From the NCBI RefSeq assembly GCF_009914755.1, contig NC_060947.1: 64,000 nucleotides of DNA; one strand, 5' to 3'. The notes under the pieces were generated by a model. That model saw only the letters and a list, made by a program, of their open reading frames with translations, searched no databases and was not told where the DNA came from. A program made the position numbers and the translations under genes. Positions 52,782-64,000 of the stretch are shown piece after piece. The stretch is from the human T2T-CHM13v2.0 reference genome, Homo sapiens. Position 1 is the first letter of the stretch. Every line of letters starts with the position of its first letter.

Positions 52782-53929
52782 AGGAAAGGCATCCTCAAAT
52801 GGAAGGGGGGGGGCTACTTCCTGAAGAGAGCTTTCTCCAAAGTTCTGCTCTGATAGCCTGCTGTTTGAATTGGACCAAGGAGAGAGGCTACATTATCTAG
52901 AAGAGTCTGTGTTAGTGCTCCACACTTTAGTAACTTTAAAACGTAAAGCAGCATTTCTCAAAGGGAAGGTCAGGATGACCTTGGGGGCTGAAGGAACTTG
53001 TGTGTATGAGAGAAAGATAGTTCAATAAAGGGACTCAGTGGCAAAATATACTTTTCCCTTGCCTGCCCAAGGTCTGCCACAAAAAATGCAGCATTCAGAG
53101 GCTCATTTTTCCTCCTCATTCTTCTCTTTTCTTTCCCCTAATTTTGTTTAGAGCCAAGTTCTGTATGTACCCTGAATCTGTTTTTCAGTCCTCTCTTGTC
53201 ACTGGTTCTGCCAACCTCACCCTGTTAACAAACTCTGACTCTTTGCTTGCCCATGTTCATTTTTCACACTTCCACCTAATGATCTAGCAGCCAGCACATT
53301 TGGACTCTCTTTCAACTCCAAGCTCTTATGACAATAATCAACCACAGCCAAAACATCTGTGCTATAACAACATATACCTTCACAGAACATACAAAATTAA
53401 GTTGAATGATCAAGGCTTCATAGAAAATTAAGTATCTTCAGCATTAGAGATACAGCTGCCATGGAGTCATCATAAGGCAGGAGGAGGGAGGAGTGGGGCA
53501 TTTCTTCAAGAGGTGGTACGTAAAGTATACTAGCCAGGGAGACAGGAGACCTAGTCTCAGCTCTACCACCAACTTTCTGTGATCATAAGCAAGTCCCTTT
53601 TCTGGATCTCAGTTTCCTTATTTGAAAAAAGAAGAATTATATAGTGAAATCAGAGTTTTTGCAAAGAGGAATACACAAACCACACGGGTAAATCTTTTGT
53701 ATTCTAATTGTATTGTATGTATTTTATTTTACATTAGCAAAACACTGGTTTTCCATTCCCAGTTTCATTCTGAAATAAATTTATTCAGGTAAACCTGAGA
53801 ACCAACCTAAAGAAAAGCATTTATTAAAATAATAAATACTACATATAGCAAGAGTTATGCACATTTTGACTTGGATTTGGTGAATGATGGGCTTAAATGT
53901 TTCTTACTGGCTCTAGCATCCTGAGTCAA

Positions 53930-54185
53930 TGAAATAATAACTAACACTTTACAGCATTTATTATGTGTCAGGCAAGTGCCAGTGTTCTAAGCACTTCATG
54001 TATATTAAATCATGCAATCTTCACAACCTTATGAGGTAGGGATCATTGTTATCTCTATTTTATAGATGAGGCAACTGAGATATAGAGGGGCTAGGAACTT
54101 GCCTAAGGTCACACATCTTAAGAGTCAGAGCCAGGATTTGAACTTGGGCTAATTGAATCTAGAGGACACACTCTTTAACAGCCAT
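53930..54185 (-). mobile_element. MIR SINE
   Basis: cttcacaaccttatgaggtagg...attttatagatgaggcaactgag...acttgcctaaggtcacaca...agagccaggatttgaac. Confidence 0.85.
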
Positions 54186-54187
54186 AC

Positions 54188-54380
54188 CAGTACTTTTCAA
54201 AGTGTGGTTCCTGGACCAGGAGCATCAGCATCATTTGGGAGCTTGTTAAAAATGTAAATTATCAGGTACTCACCCCGAGACCTACTGAATCACAAACTCT
54301 GGAGGTGGAGTCTAATAATCTTTGTTTTCCAAGCCCAGCAGGTGATTCAGATTTGAGTTTCTTATTCAAATTTGAGTGTA
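54188..54380. mobile_element. MER5A
   Basis: tcaaagtgtggttcctggaccag..gcatcagcatca..tgggagcttgtta...gacctactgaatca. Confidence 0.85.
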
Positions 54381-54901
54381 TACTAGACTATACTGCACTG
54401 TACTACACTATACTGAACCAATGGCAGCAAGTGTGGAATGAGAGGAAAATAATTTGGATGTCAAATTGAGGTAGAGTGAAGGTTTATGCAAGATTGAAGA
54501 AGCATGGATACATCTAATAGCAGAAAGGAGGAAGGCAGTTTAAGATTATGGAAACACAAGAGGGGAAGAAAGTAGTTTGGAGGTCCCAAAGGAAAATGAG
54601 GATGGTTATCTCTCAAAGAACTGGAAAAGGCAAAGAAAGACGAACCAAGGCAAGAAGTTGAGGGTTTTAATTTTTTGCCTGTATGACAAAACATGAGTAA
54701 TAGCTTTTAGTGATGGTAGAGGTTTTAAGGAAAGAGGAACTGACCGGGTTTTGAGGAAAGAGATGGTTGATTCAAACAAACTTTGCTGTGAGCCACAACA
54801 TTGACATGGGTGAAATAATATTTACTTGTAATACTTAAGTTAGAGTAGCAGCTGGAGATTATGATGTTCCAGTGAACCAAGCCCAGTGATTATTAGGGTT
54901 T

Positions 54902-55350
54902 TGTAGCAGTCATGCTTGGATCTCCTGCTTTAGGGAGCATATTTGATCCATGCACTTAGTTGCTGACCCCTTGAGTCCATCACTGCACTTGAGCCAAGGC
55001 CACGTGTCCAGTGGGCATTTCTCAGCTAATGACTGTGCATGGTAAGAATACTAAGGTAGACCCATTACTGTGAGACAGAAAACTCCTCTGATCACTGATT
55101 CTGGCTTCAGAACTCTATTGGCCTGGCTGAAACTTTCTTAGAACTGTGCTCCAATCTGAGACTCTGCTTGTCCAAACCTCTTTCCTTCCTTCTCTCCTCC
55201 ACAGAGGTTGGACCTGCCCTGTGGTCGGATAAGTCACACCTCCTCTGGCTCCCTTCCTTTTTTTCTCTCAAAGTCACCTTCCCCCGGAAGATCTCTTGCA
55301 TATTTAATACGATCTTGGAAGCTGCTCTACAGAGGTACCAAACTAATAAA
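54902..55350 (+). mobile_element. LTR16A-like ERVL solo LTR
   Basis: cctggctgaaactttcttagaactgtgct..atctgagactc; atctcttgcatatttaat...cttgg...aaactaa. Confidence 0.75.
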
Positions 55351-57931
55351 AGGTTCTTCCCCAATCATGCTTTGCTGTATGAGTGAAGATGTTTACTCTG
55401 GAAATATTTCATGGTTGAATGATTTGAGGTTAAGAGTAACGCGTGGGTAATGAGGTAAAGAAGGATAGAAGTGAGGGATAAGATACCTTAAGTTTTGAAT
55501 AGTCAAAAGGTTTTTGATTCTATATGAAAATAGGGAAGGGAATGGCAGCAAGATCGAGAAAGAAGAATGTTTGTCAGAAGTTGAAGGGGCTAATGTTGGC
55601 AGTCAGACTTTCCTTTTTATGAGTGTACACTTATAATGCTCTTCAGGAGGGACCTCCCCCAAGCTAAAAACACCTCTGGGAGAAATAACATTTTAGGAGC
55701 CAATAGCTTAAAGGAGATGATCTGCAAAACAGAAGACAGCTTGTTAAGGATGAACTCTGGGGCCTGACTAAAGGAGGAGCTGAGATGATATGAAAAAAAC
55801 AAACTTTTACAACTTTACCTTTTACACTTTGGCTCTGGTGGAGAGGACACTCACACCCTCTTTTCTGTCAAAGAAACCTGGGTGTCTTACCCACTTCTTC
55901 CTAGACCTCAGGATATGGCAAAAGACAAGCCAGTCTTGTAATGAAAACTAGAGGTATAAGTCACTTAGCTAAAGAGTGAGTCTTCCAGTGGAAACTGGGG
56001 GATCAGGCCTATCTTACTAATGACTTTGGAAAACTGAGCTGCTTCAAGCACATTGAAATTTAGTTTACTTAAAGGATTATAAGGAACCAACTGCAAAAAC
56101 AAGATTGGAATCTTTAAGACACAACAAATAGTTAAAAGGAAATAAAAAGGAGGGAAGGTAAACTACCTGAATACAACTTGATCTTCAGTGGGAATGTTCA
56201 GCAGCAGGGGAAACCTTAGGATATAAACATGTGTTCTAAACAGAGGCACTGAATATTTGTTTAGAAACAGATGCACCTGCAAATTAAATGATAATGCCAT
56301 TAACCACAATTATATTCCTCTCCTGAGTGTCCATTTGTAGTAATTATAGTATTTAATAAATAATAATGGTATTTCTCACTTTAGAAATCACTTAACATTT
56401 CAAAACTTTAGGTCATAAAAAACAACTTAAAGAACTGGTAACCAAGACTCCTATGTTCCCACTGTTGCCTCTGACTGGAATAGCAGGATTCTCTCCTCTC
56501 TATTGAAACTGTGATGGCTAAACTCTTAGATATTGCCTGACAGTGATATCAATGTTAGTACACTTAATAAACACAATTTTGGAATAAGAATAGTCCCTAT
56601 TGAAGGCATAGACCGTAAGTAAGAGGAGTAAATTATTAGGTGGAGAACAACACATTAACAGAGGCAAACATCCAGAAAGTTGCTCATTATAATAATGGAA
56701 ACTGCATTTGTTAATCAGAGCTACACATTCCAGCAGATCCTGATAAGCAGCTCCTCTTTCAGTCAGACCCCACAGTTAATCCCATCGTTTAAATTAATGG
56801 GCTGCTATTTCTTTCTTCTAATCAGGTGGCACTGGACACAGATGCCTGGAAAACATGTAAGTCTAACTTATGGGAAAATCCACCAAATAATCTATTTGGA
56901 TATGACCACCCCACAAATAAATAGTTTATCATAGTTTAATAGCCAGGCCTGTCTAGCCTCAATGGTCCAGGCAAGCAGAAATCATTTCCAGTAAACTTAA
57001 AAGTGATTATAATCATCTACCAAACATCTAATGTACAAGTACTACTACATGGTGGGCTCAAGGCAGTGTCTTGCGGGATTCTCTCCGAGTTAGGAGGCCG
57101 GAATCTAGTCCCACTTTTTGCCACCAACTGTCTGTGTAACCATGGACAATTCCCCATTATTCTTTAAGCCTTGCTCTTCTCATCTATAAAATAAGAGGAT
57201 TAAGGTTGAGTGCTCTCTAAGGTCCCTTTCAGCTCTAGGACTGTATGTATTTTATTGTGTTTTTATCTCTTACAAATTGATCACAACCACCTGCAAAGAT
57301 TAGAGAGGGAAAATAACTTTAATCTTAAATGTTGTAATTTAAATGCCCTAGCTGCTTGATGCTAGCTGCCTAAAATGCTGTGTTAAGAATTCTGAGGCTA
57401 CGTCCAAACTCAGCAGGAAAGAATGCCAAAGACAAATGAAGAGGTGAGAAATGACAATTTTCGTGCGATGGATTTACCATTCCAGATATAGATACTATCA
57501 CTTGGGAACTGAATGATAACTAATTAGAAGCCTCCATTCTAACCAGTTTATGGAGCTAAAGTTTAGTATTTTTTTTTCGGATGCACTAAAACTTATCATG
57601 AGTGTCGTATGCTCTCTAAAAAGTATGACAGAAAAGTCTCGACTAGATAAGAAATGCTTATAATTATTTAGCTATAATACTAATATTTAATAATAATACT
57701 AATTATTTTCTATATTATTACAATTATTATAAATTTGAAAGCAGAAAAGTCAAGTCCAGAAACAGCATCTATCTACTGGTCCATAGCTGATTTTCAACTC
57801 AATGAGTTGCATAATGAGGACCTGTCACTGTTTTTAAGTCAGACAGTTTAATAACTCTCTGCCATCAATGCTATGGGAAATAGATCAACAAACTATTAAA
57901 TGGAAAAGAAACATTTTGCAAATTAAGTGAA

Positions 57932-58277
57932 TGATATGGTTTGGCTCTGTGTCCCCACCCAAATCTCATATTGTAGCTCCAATAATTCCCTCGTGCTGTG
58001 GGAGGGACCCAGTGGGAGATAATTGAATCATGGGGGCGGGTCTTCCCCATGGTGTTCTTGTGATAGTGAATAAGCCTCACGACATCTGATGGTTTTAAAA
58101 CAGGAGTTTCCCTGCACAAGCTTTGTCTTTCTCTTGTCTGCCACCATGTGAGATGTGCCTTTTTCCTTCCGCCATGATTGTGAGGCCTCCCAGTCACAAG
58201 GAACTGTGAATCCAATAAACCTCTTTCTTTTGTAAACTGCCCAGTCTTTATCAGCAGCATGAAAATGGACTAATGCA
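57932..58277 (+). mobile_element. THE1A/B MaLR solo LTR
   Basis: tgatatggtttggctctgtgtccccacccaaatctc...aataaacctctttc...aatggactaatgca; TSD gtgaa/gtaaa. Confidence 0.95.
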
Positions 58278-58696
58278 GTAAACACGTTCTTTTTTGTATG
58301 AAAAATGTTTAATGTGGGATGATTGAAGTTGATTCTGTGGAATCTGCTGTGTATGTCTTGGAATGCCCTATGGTGATACTGTTTTCCTAATTTAACATAA
58401 TGTGGCTAGAAGCATATTAACAGTTTTCAGATAGAAAAAAAGGAAAATTAGTTCAATGACTTGCCACCCCTTTCCACTTTTTAGTGGAATAAATAAAAAC
58501 TCAGGAGTTGTGCATTTTGAAAACCTCAAGGCATCTACAATATTTGACTGTATCCTACCTTCCACATTGGAGAAAAAGGATTCCCACTGAGCAGTATTTT
58601 TCAACTACCTCTTTAATCATCCCCAAATTAGAAGACATCATTAGCACAGACAATGGCCTTCTTCAAGGAGCTGGCCAACACGATTGCTAATCATTT

Positions 58697-58900
58697 AGCA
58701 TGGTGCCGCCCTATATGGTAGCCACTAGTTGTGCATAGCTATTAAATTTGAATTAATAAAACAAAATGAAATTTCAATTTCTCAGCCACATTAGCCACAT
58801 TTTAAATGCTCAATAGCTACATATGGCTAGAGGCTACTGTATTGCACACCATAAATGTAGAATATTTCCTTATTGCAGAAAGTTCTATTGGATGTTACTG
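58697..58900. mobile_element. MER33/MER3-like hAT-Charlie fragment
   Basis: atatggtagccactag...tagccacattttaaatgctcaatagctacatatggctag..gctact...gcagaaagttctattgga. Confidence 0.8.
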
Positions 58901-60814
58901 CCCTAGAAAGCATAAGTATTATACCTGGAGTGGGTAGGGGTTCCAAGATGGTTTAGAGAAAGCTGCCATGAAGGCTCATCTCTGGAAGAAGTCTTAAAAA
59001 TTTGAATTCATCTCTCTCATTTTATAGATGAGGAAAATGGGGCTCAGAGAAGGTCACATAGCTAATTTCCAGTAGAGTTGGAACTAGAATCCAGCTTTCC
59101 TGCTTCTGTGGCCCCTGCTCATTCCATGATCCTGGTTATATACATAGAGCATTTTCCTAGTTACTCTACTATCCCACAGTCACCTCTCACCAGTATCAGT
59201 AGCTCTAAACCATTGGCCAGATGTTTTCATCATCTCCCACAACACACTTGTATTTCAGAGAGAAAATATCAGGAGGACACTGGATCAAGAGGAGGCAGGG
59301 GAGGAGTATGTAATTATGCAAGTAAATACCTAGCTCCAGAATTAAGAGTAAACATTCCATCTGATCTATAAATATTTAACCAAAGTCATACATCTGGGCC
59401 CCAAGGAAGCAGGTTTGTTCTTGGCATTTACAATTAAAATGGATTAATCCTCTGACACAATGTTAATACTAACCTTTCTTAACTATAAACATGTCCCAGG
59501 ATACTCTGCAGTGAGTGTAAATGTATAGGAACACATTAGTCACTGGATAACCAACTCTTGGCAAAAACACAATGGTTTATTCTTACAACATGTGGTATTG
59601 CATCAGCAAGGGATTTGTTGGGTCCTGTTTTCCATGGGGGTAAAGGAAATGATCTTGTTTACAAGGCTGGTGAGGCTGTCTTCTGGAGGTTCAGCTGCTG
59701 GGTCTCATTTGGATGAGTCCAAGGCTGGATTCAAAATTTCTCATGGCAGTTCTAAGATGGTATATTTTCTTTGGCTGCCATTCCTTCCACTACTCTGAAC
59801 CAGGTGCTAATGTAAGACATTGGGGCTAGAGAGATGAATAGGCCCTAGTTCACTGTCCTCCCATTGCTCCTTAGGATTGACCCTTGAATTCTTGCATTAA
59901 CATGAAGAGCTGGTCCTCTCAACCTCAGGCTGTATTTGTGAGGTCCTCCAAGACAGTCATGGCTCTTCCTTCCTGAGAGTATTGGAGGGACTTAATGTGT
60001 TATTTCTGTTTATATTTAGAAACAGTAATCTGAAGAGGGAATGTTTAAACCAAATACATTAATCACTAATGGTGGAAATTCAAGCATAAGTGAAAAAACT
60101 GGGTGTAATTTTTTAAAAATGCATTTTGAAGAAGAAGGAGAGTCCTGCTGAACTCTACCAGTCTCACCACTTCATGACCATCCATGCAAGGCTGATTGTC
60201 TGAGGTTGTCTGGCTGTCTTACACGACTAATGTGAGGCAAATAAACATACAGGCAAAGCTTCTAAGAGAAAGAAATTATATCTTTACCAGTTGCTTCAAA
60301 AGAGACCAGTAGGACCAATCACGGATTGGTGGTTAAGATGTCTATTTGCCCCTACTAATTCATAGTTGATGGGCCTTGCAAGATTCCAAGTTTAAATACA
60401 ACTTTGTCTTTACAAAGCCTCTGTCTCTTAAGACCATCAGTTGTCCTACATTTCATTTGATTATTTTTTTAAAAATAAACAAACCCTCATCAAAAACCTT
60501 TCTTTAGACTAGTAGAAGATATTGGAATCTACATTTCACAAACATTAAGGTACATTCCATAAGCATTTGTTTAAAAGCATGGGTGAGTGATTGCAGCCAA
60601 TGTTTACTAAGTCCAGGATAATTCATGAGACCACCACAAACATCATGAATGACAGATTCTGGTTGTAAACAAGGTTCAGGGAACAGAAGCAGTTCTACCA
60701 TCTAATATCAAGCTGAAGCTACTAGACTAACTCAGGGACTAAATCTATAGACAAAGAACAATAAAATCTTTCTGATGAGGTCCTCAAATGAGATTCCTGT
60801 GCTCCACTTCTTAG

Positions 60815-61402
60815 ACCAGTGATTCTCAGTTTTACCTACACATTCGAATCATCCAGATTCCACCCTAGAGATTCCAATTTAATTGATGAACTTAGGCATT
60901 GGTGTTTTAAAAAAGTTTCCAAGGGGATACCAATGTACAGTTAGGGTTGAAAACTTTTGTCCTAGAGTACAAGGTTCTGCTCAAAGTTCTCATTCATTTG
61001 AGGCATTGAGAATAGCTTAGGACCGTGGTTCCCATCAACATCTTCCTGTGTGGTTTTAAAAAATACAGATTCTTGTATTCTACCCCCATACTTCCAAATT
61101 AGAATTTTTAGGAGTTGGTCCCAGGAATCCACAATTTTACAAGCTCCTCACATAATTCTTATGAAGCCATCCTGGCAGGTCCTGATTGGAAGAAATGCAT
61201 TTGGTAACTACTGAATTAAGTCATCTGTATGTCTACAACTGTGCACAGCAGTGGCTCTCAACCTTTGTTGCTCCAATGCCTGATTGCTTGAATCTCACCT
61301 CCAGATAATTTAATTTAATTAGTTTGGGGGTAGATCCCAGGTATCAATATTTTTAAATAGCTCTCAGTAATTCTATGTGCAATTAGGTTTGGGAGCCACT
61401 GG
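60815..61402. mobile_element. Cluster of three MER5-family MITE remnants
   Basis: cagtgattctca...ccctagagattc; aaaatacagattct...caggaatccacaattttacaagctcc; cagtggctctcaacc...gggagccactg. Confidence 0.65.
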
Positions 61403-62444
61403 CTTGGTGCAAGGATGGATAAAAGGTAGCCTGTTTGCTGACCCTCCGTGTTTTCATGTCCATGGCAGACATCAATAATCAATCCCTATAGTGCCCATAT
61501 GTGGCCTCATAATTCTTCTCACTATATTGTCCTAGGCAGCCACTCCCATGCATTGAGTGGGCATACAACTACTATTTGCTATCTTTATCTTCGATCCAGT
61601 CTGGCAGAAAGTTAATGACTTCTAGAGAGTCCTTCCTGGGTTTTGTTTCTAGGGATAGTACTTAAATGTCGAGATTATTGTCTGCCAGGACACTGTTCTG
61701 AAGTAGGAGAAGGTAAAAGCCGGAGGTGGGTGCAATAGAGAGATCTATCATCTAGCTACCTCTACTACCCAGGGAAGCACTTTCAGTCCCAGCTTCTGTT
61801 AAAAGTAGAAAGCTTTATGCAGAGTAATTTATCTACTGTATACATATTGGGTTAACAGAGGACCTCTGTAAGACCTCCTAACACCAAGTGTACAGGAAAG
61901 GCCAAACATGAAAGGAGTTCACTTAATGTTTACCTCAAATCCCTGATGGGATCCTCTATGTTCTTGTTTGTATATCCCAATCTATTTTCCATAAACATTC
62001 TACCTTATAGAAGCCTGTCTTATCATGGACTAATACCGAGTTCACTGAACCTTTCTCCTAGGCCATGGTATGCAGGAGAGCGCTTGAGCTTCAGAATTAA
62101 ACTTGTCTCTTGCTGTGCTACTTCCTGCTTTGGAGGAGAAGAGCCAAGTGAGCCAGAAGTTTCAGCAGTTTCTTCTGTACTTGATAATTAATATGGTATG
62201 TGGGGAAAGAAGAAAGAACATGGTTTTTTTCTTCTAAAAAAGGGCTTCTTTCCCTGGGGCCTGTTGTTTCAACAAGTGCAGAACAAAGAACTGCAGGGAG
62301 ACAGAGTTTTTGCCTCTTGGTAACCTACAAAGAAGCATCTTTAAAGGCAACAGATCGTAATTCTAATAGGACTGGAGAGGTAAGTGCACATTAAGCATGC
62401 CAAGGATCCTGAAGTCTGCAAATGAGGAAAACTCTGTGAGGAAC

Positions 62445-62700
62445 AAGCAGCCTAGAATTAAGGGAAAGAGCATGGGCTTTGGAGGCAGAATATGTTGAAT
62501 CACTCCATCACTTACTAGCTGTGTGACACTGAGCAAATTACTTAACCTCTCTTAACCTCAGCTTTCTTATCTACAAAATAGGGGATTACAATAGTACCTT
62601 CCTCATAGGCTAGAAGAAAGGATTAAATTAGGTAATGTCTTTCTATAAAGCTTCTTAGATCAGTACCTGGCAAACAAACAGTAACCATCAGTGGTAGTTG
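62445..62700 (+). mobile_element. MIR SINE
   Basis: cacttactagctgtgtgacactgagcaaattacttaacctctc...aatagtaccttcctcatagg. Confidence 0.88.
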
Positions 62701-62929
62701 ATATTATTATTTGAGAGGTCCCTATACTGCTTTGACATCCCATTCAAAATCCATATTAGCCTTCTTCAAAAGATGATTCCTGGACATTCAGCATCATAAT
62801 GATCTAGGGGGGGCTTGTTAAAATGCAGATTCTGGATCTAAAGAATCATAATTGGGTTTGGGTTTGAAAATCAGGCATTCTAGTTGGAGGAGAGTGACAG
62901 CAAACAATTTAAAAACTTGTGACTAAAAG

Positions 62930-63470
62930 ACTATTAATTCATTGATTCATTCACCTATTCAGTTTTTTTTTTTTGACAAACATGGAACTTATATCTAGAG
63001 GAAGACAAAAACTCTAAATAATTACAAGTTATTAAGTACTACAAATAAATGCCTGGGGCTGCAAAGATACATGGTGCTAAGGGATTACGTGTCTGAGGGA
63101 GGCTAGTATCTAAGGAGGTCTAATACAAGGGTAACTTTTACAGTAAGTCATATTCAAGTTGTGAACTGTTGGGTGAGGAAGCCAAGTGGAGAGGGTAGAG
63201 GTGGGAGTGGACAAAGAAACAGTTGATGAAACACTATTTCAGGAAGACGAAATAGTGTGTTCAAGGTCCAGAGGATAAAGAGAACATGGCAATGTTTGAA
63301 GATATCAGAATGGCTGCTGAGGATAGAGAGAGAGATAATGGCACGGGATGAAGTTGGAAGAGAAAGACAGGGCTACCAGATCATGAAGACCTAGAGTGCT
63401 ATGATGAAGAGTTTGGACTTTATCCTGAAGGAAGTGGGAAACCACTGAAGGGATATCTGGTCAGGAAAAT
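62930..63470 (-). mobile_element. L2 LINE fragment
   Basis: attcattgattcattca terminus; gagtttggactttatcctgaagg...ccactgaagg. Confidence 0.7.
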
Positions 63471-64000
63471 GTCAAAATGCAGATGACATACATAAAAAAA
63501 AACAGAACAAAACAACACAGTAAATAATAAGGGATATTAATGCATGACTCAGAACTATATGTACTATAGAGGCAAAGGTGAGCAGCTAGGGCTGGGGAGG
63601 GCATCCTTGGAGGCAGACATAAGCTGCATTTGATAACTGGGAGAGACTTTGGTTTGATGAGGTGGTTTATTTTGAATGCAAGAAAATATATGAGTGCAGT
63701 GGAAAGCTTGAAGTGAACTTGGCTTAAAATGAACCTTGGGAAGATAGAGCATGAGGGAAGAGTGCTTCCTTTTCCTTGGTGGAAATATCTGTTTTGCTGC
63801 TATTTTGATGTTGGAAGACTGTGCTGACAGAATTTCAGAAAATCACTTGGTGGGATGGGGAAATAGGTGAAAGAGCAGATGCCAGAGTCACAATCACAGG
63901 CCAACTGAGGGAAAGGACTAAAGGAAGAATGGAGCTAGTAATGCTTAAATCTTCTGTTTTACAAAAGATCAAAAAACCCCCAAACACTGCAGGTGTTCCT

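Overview
Human genomic DNA (primate Alu, L1PA and THE1 repeats). It covers part of COL4A6 (collagen alpha-6(IV), Xq22.3), transcribed on the minus strand. Ten Gly-X-Y coding exons (exons 4-13 by the usual numbering, recalled rather than computed) lie at 532-18964. All have AG/GT boundaries, all are phase 0, and together they splice into one 230-aa frame (GRPGPIGIQ...GLDGCNGTQ...GISGPPGFP). Positions 18965-64000 are one long intron (intron 3; exon 3 is outside the window), filled with MIR, L2, L1, Alu, ERV/MaLR LTRs, hAT/Tigger DNA-transposon fossils and STRs, including a double ATCT repeat that is probably the forensic marker DXS6797. None of the supplied long ORFs is a credible independent gene, and I see no evidence of a new protein-coding system. 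The most unusual feature is a perfect 68-bp inverted repeat of apparently non-repeat sequence in intron 5 (13709-13776 / 15449-15516). Weaker leads are an in-frame Gly-initiated micro-exon candidate with three stacked donors in intron 8, a candidate recursive splice site in intron 3, and a G4/GC-box plus CTCF-like site about 3.5 kb upstream of exon 4. Repeat subfamily names come from memory of consensus sequences and should be confirmed with RepeatMasker/Dfam.
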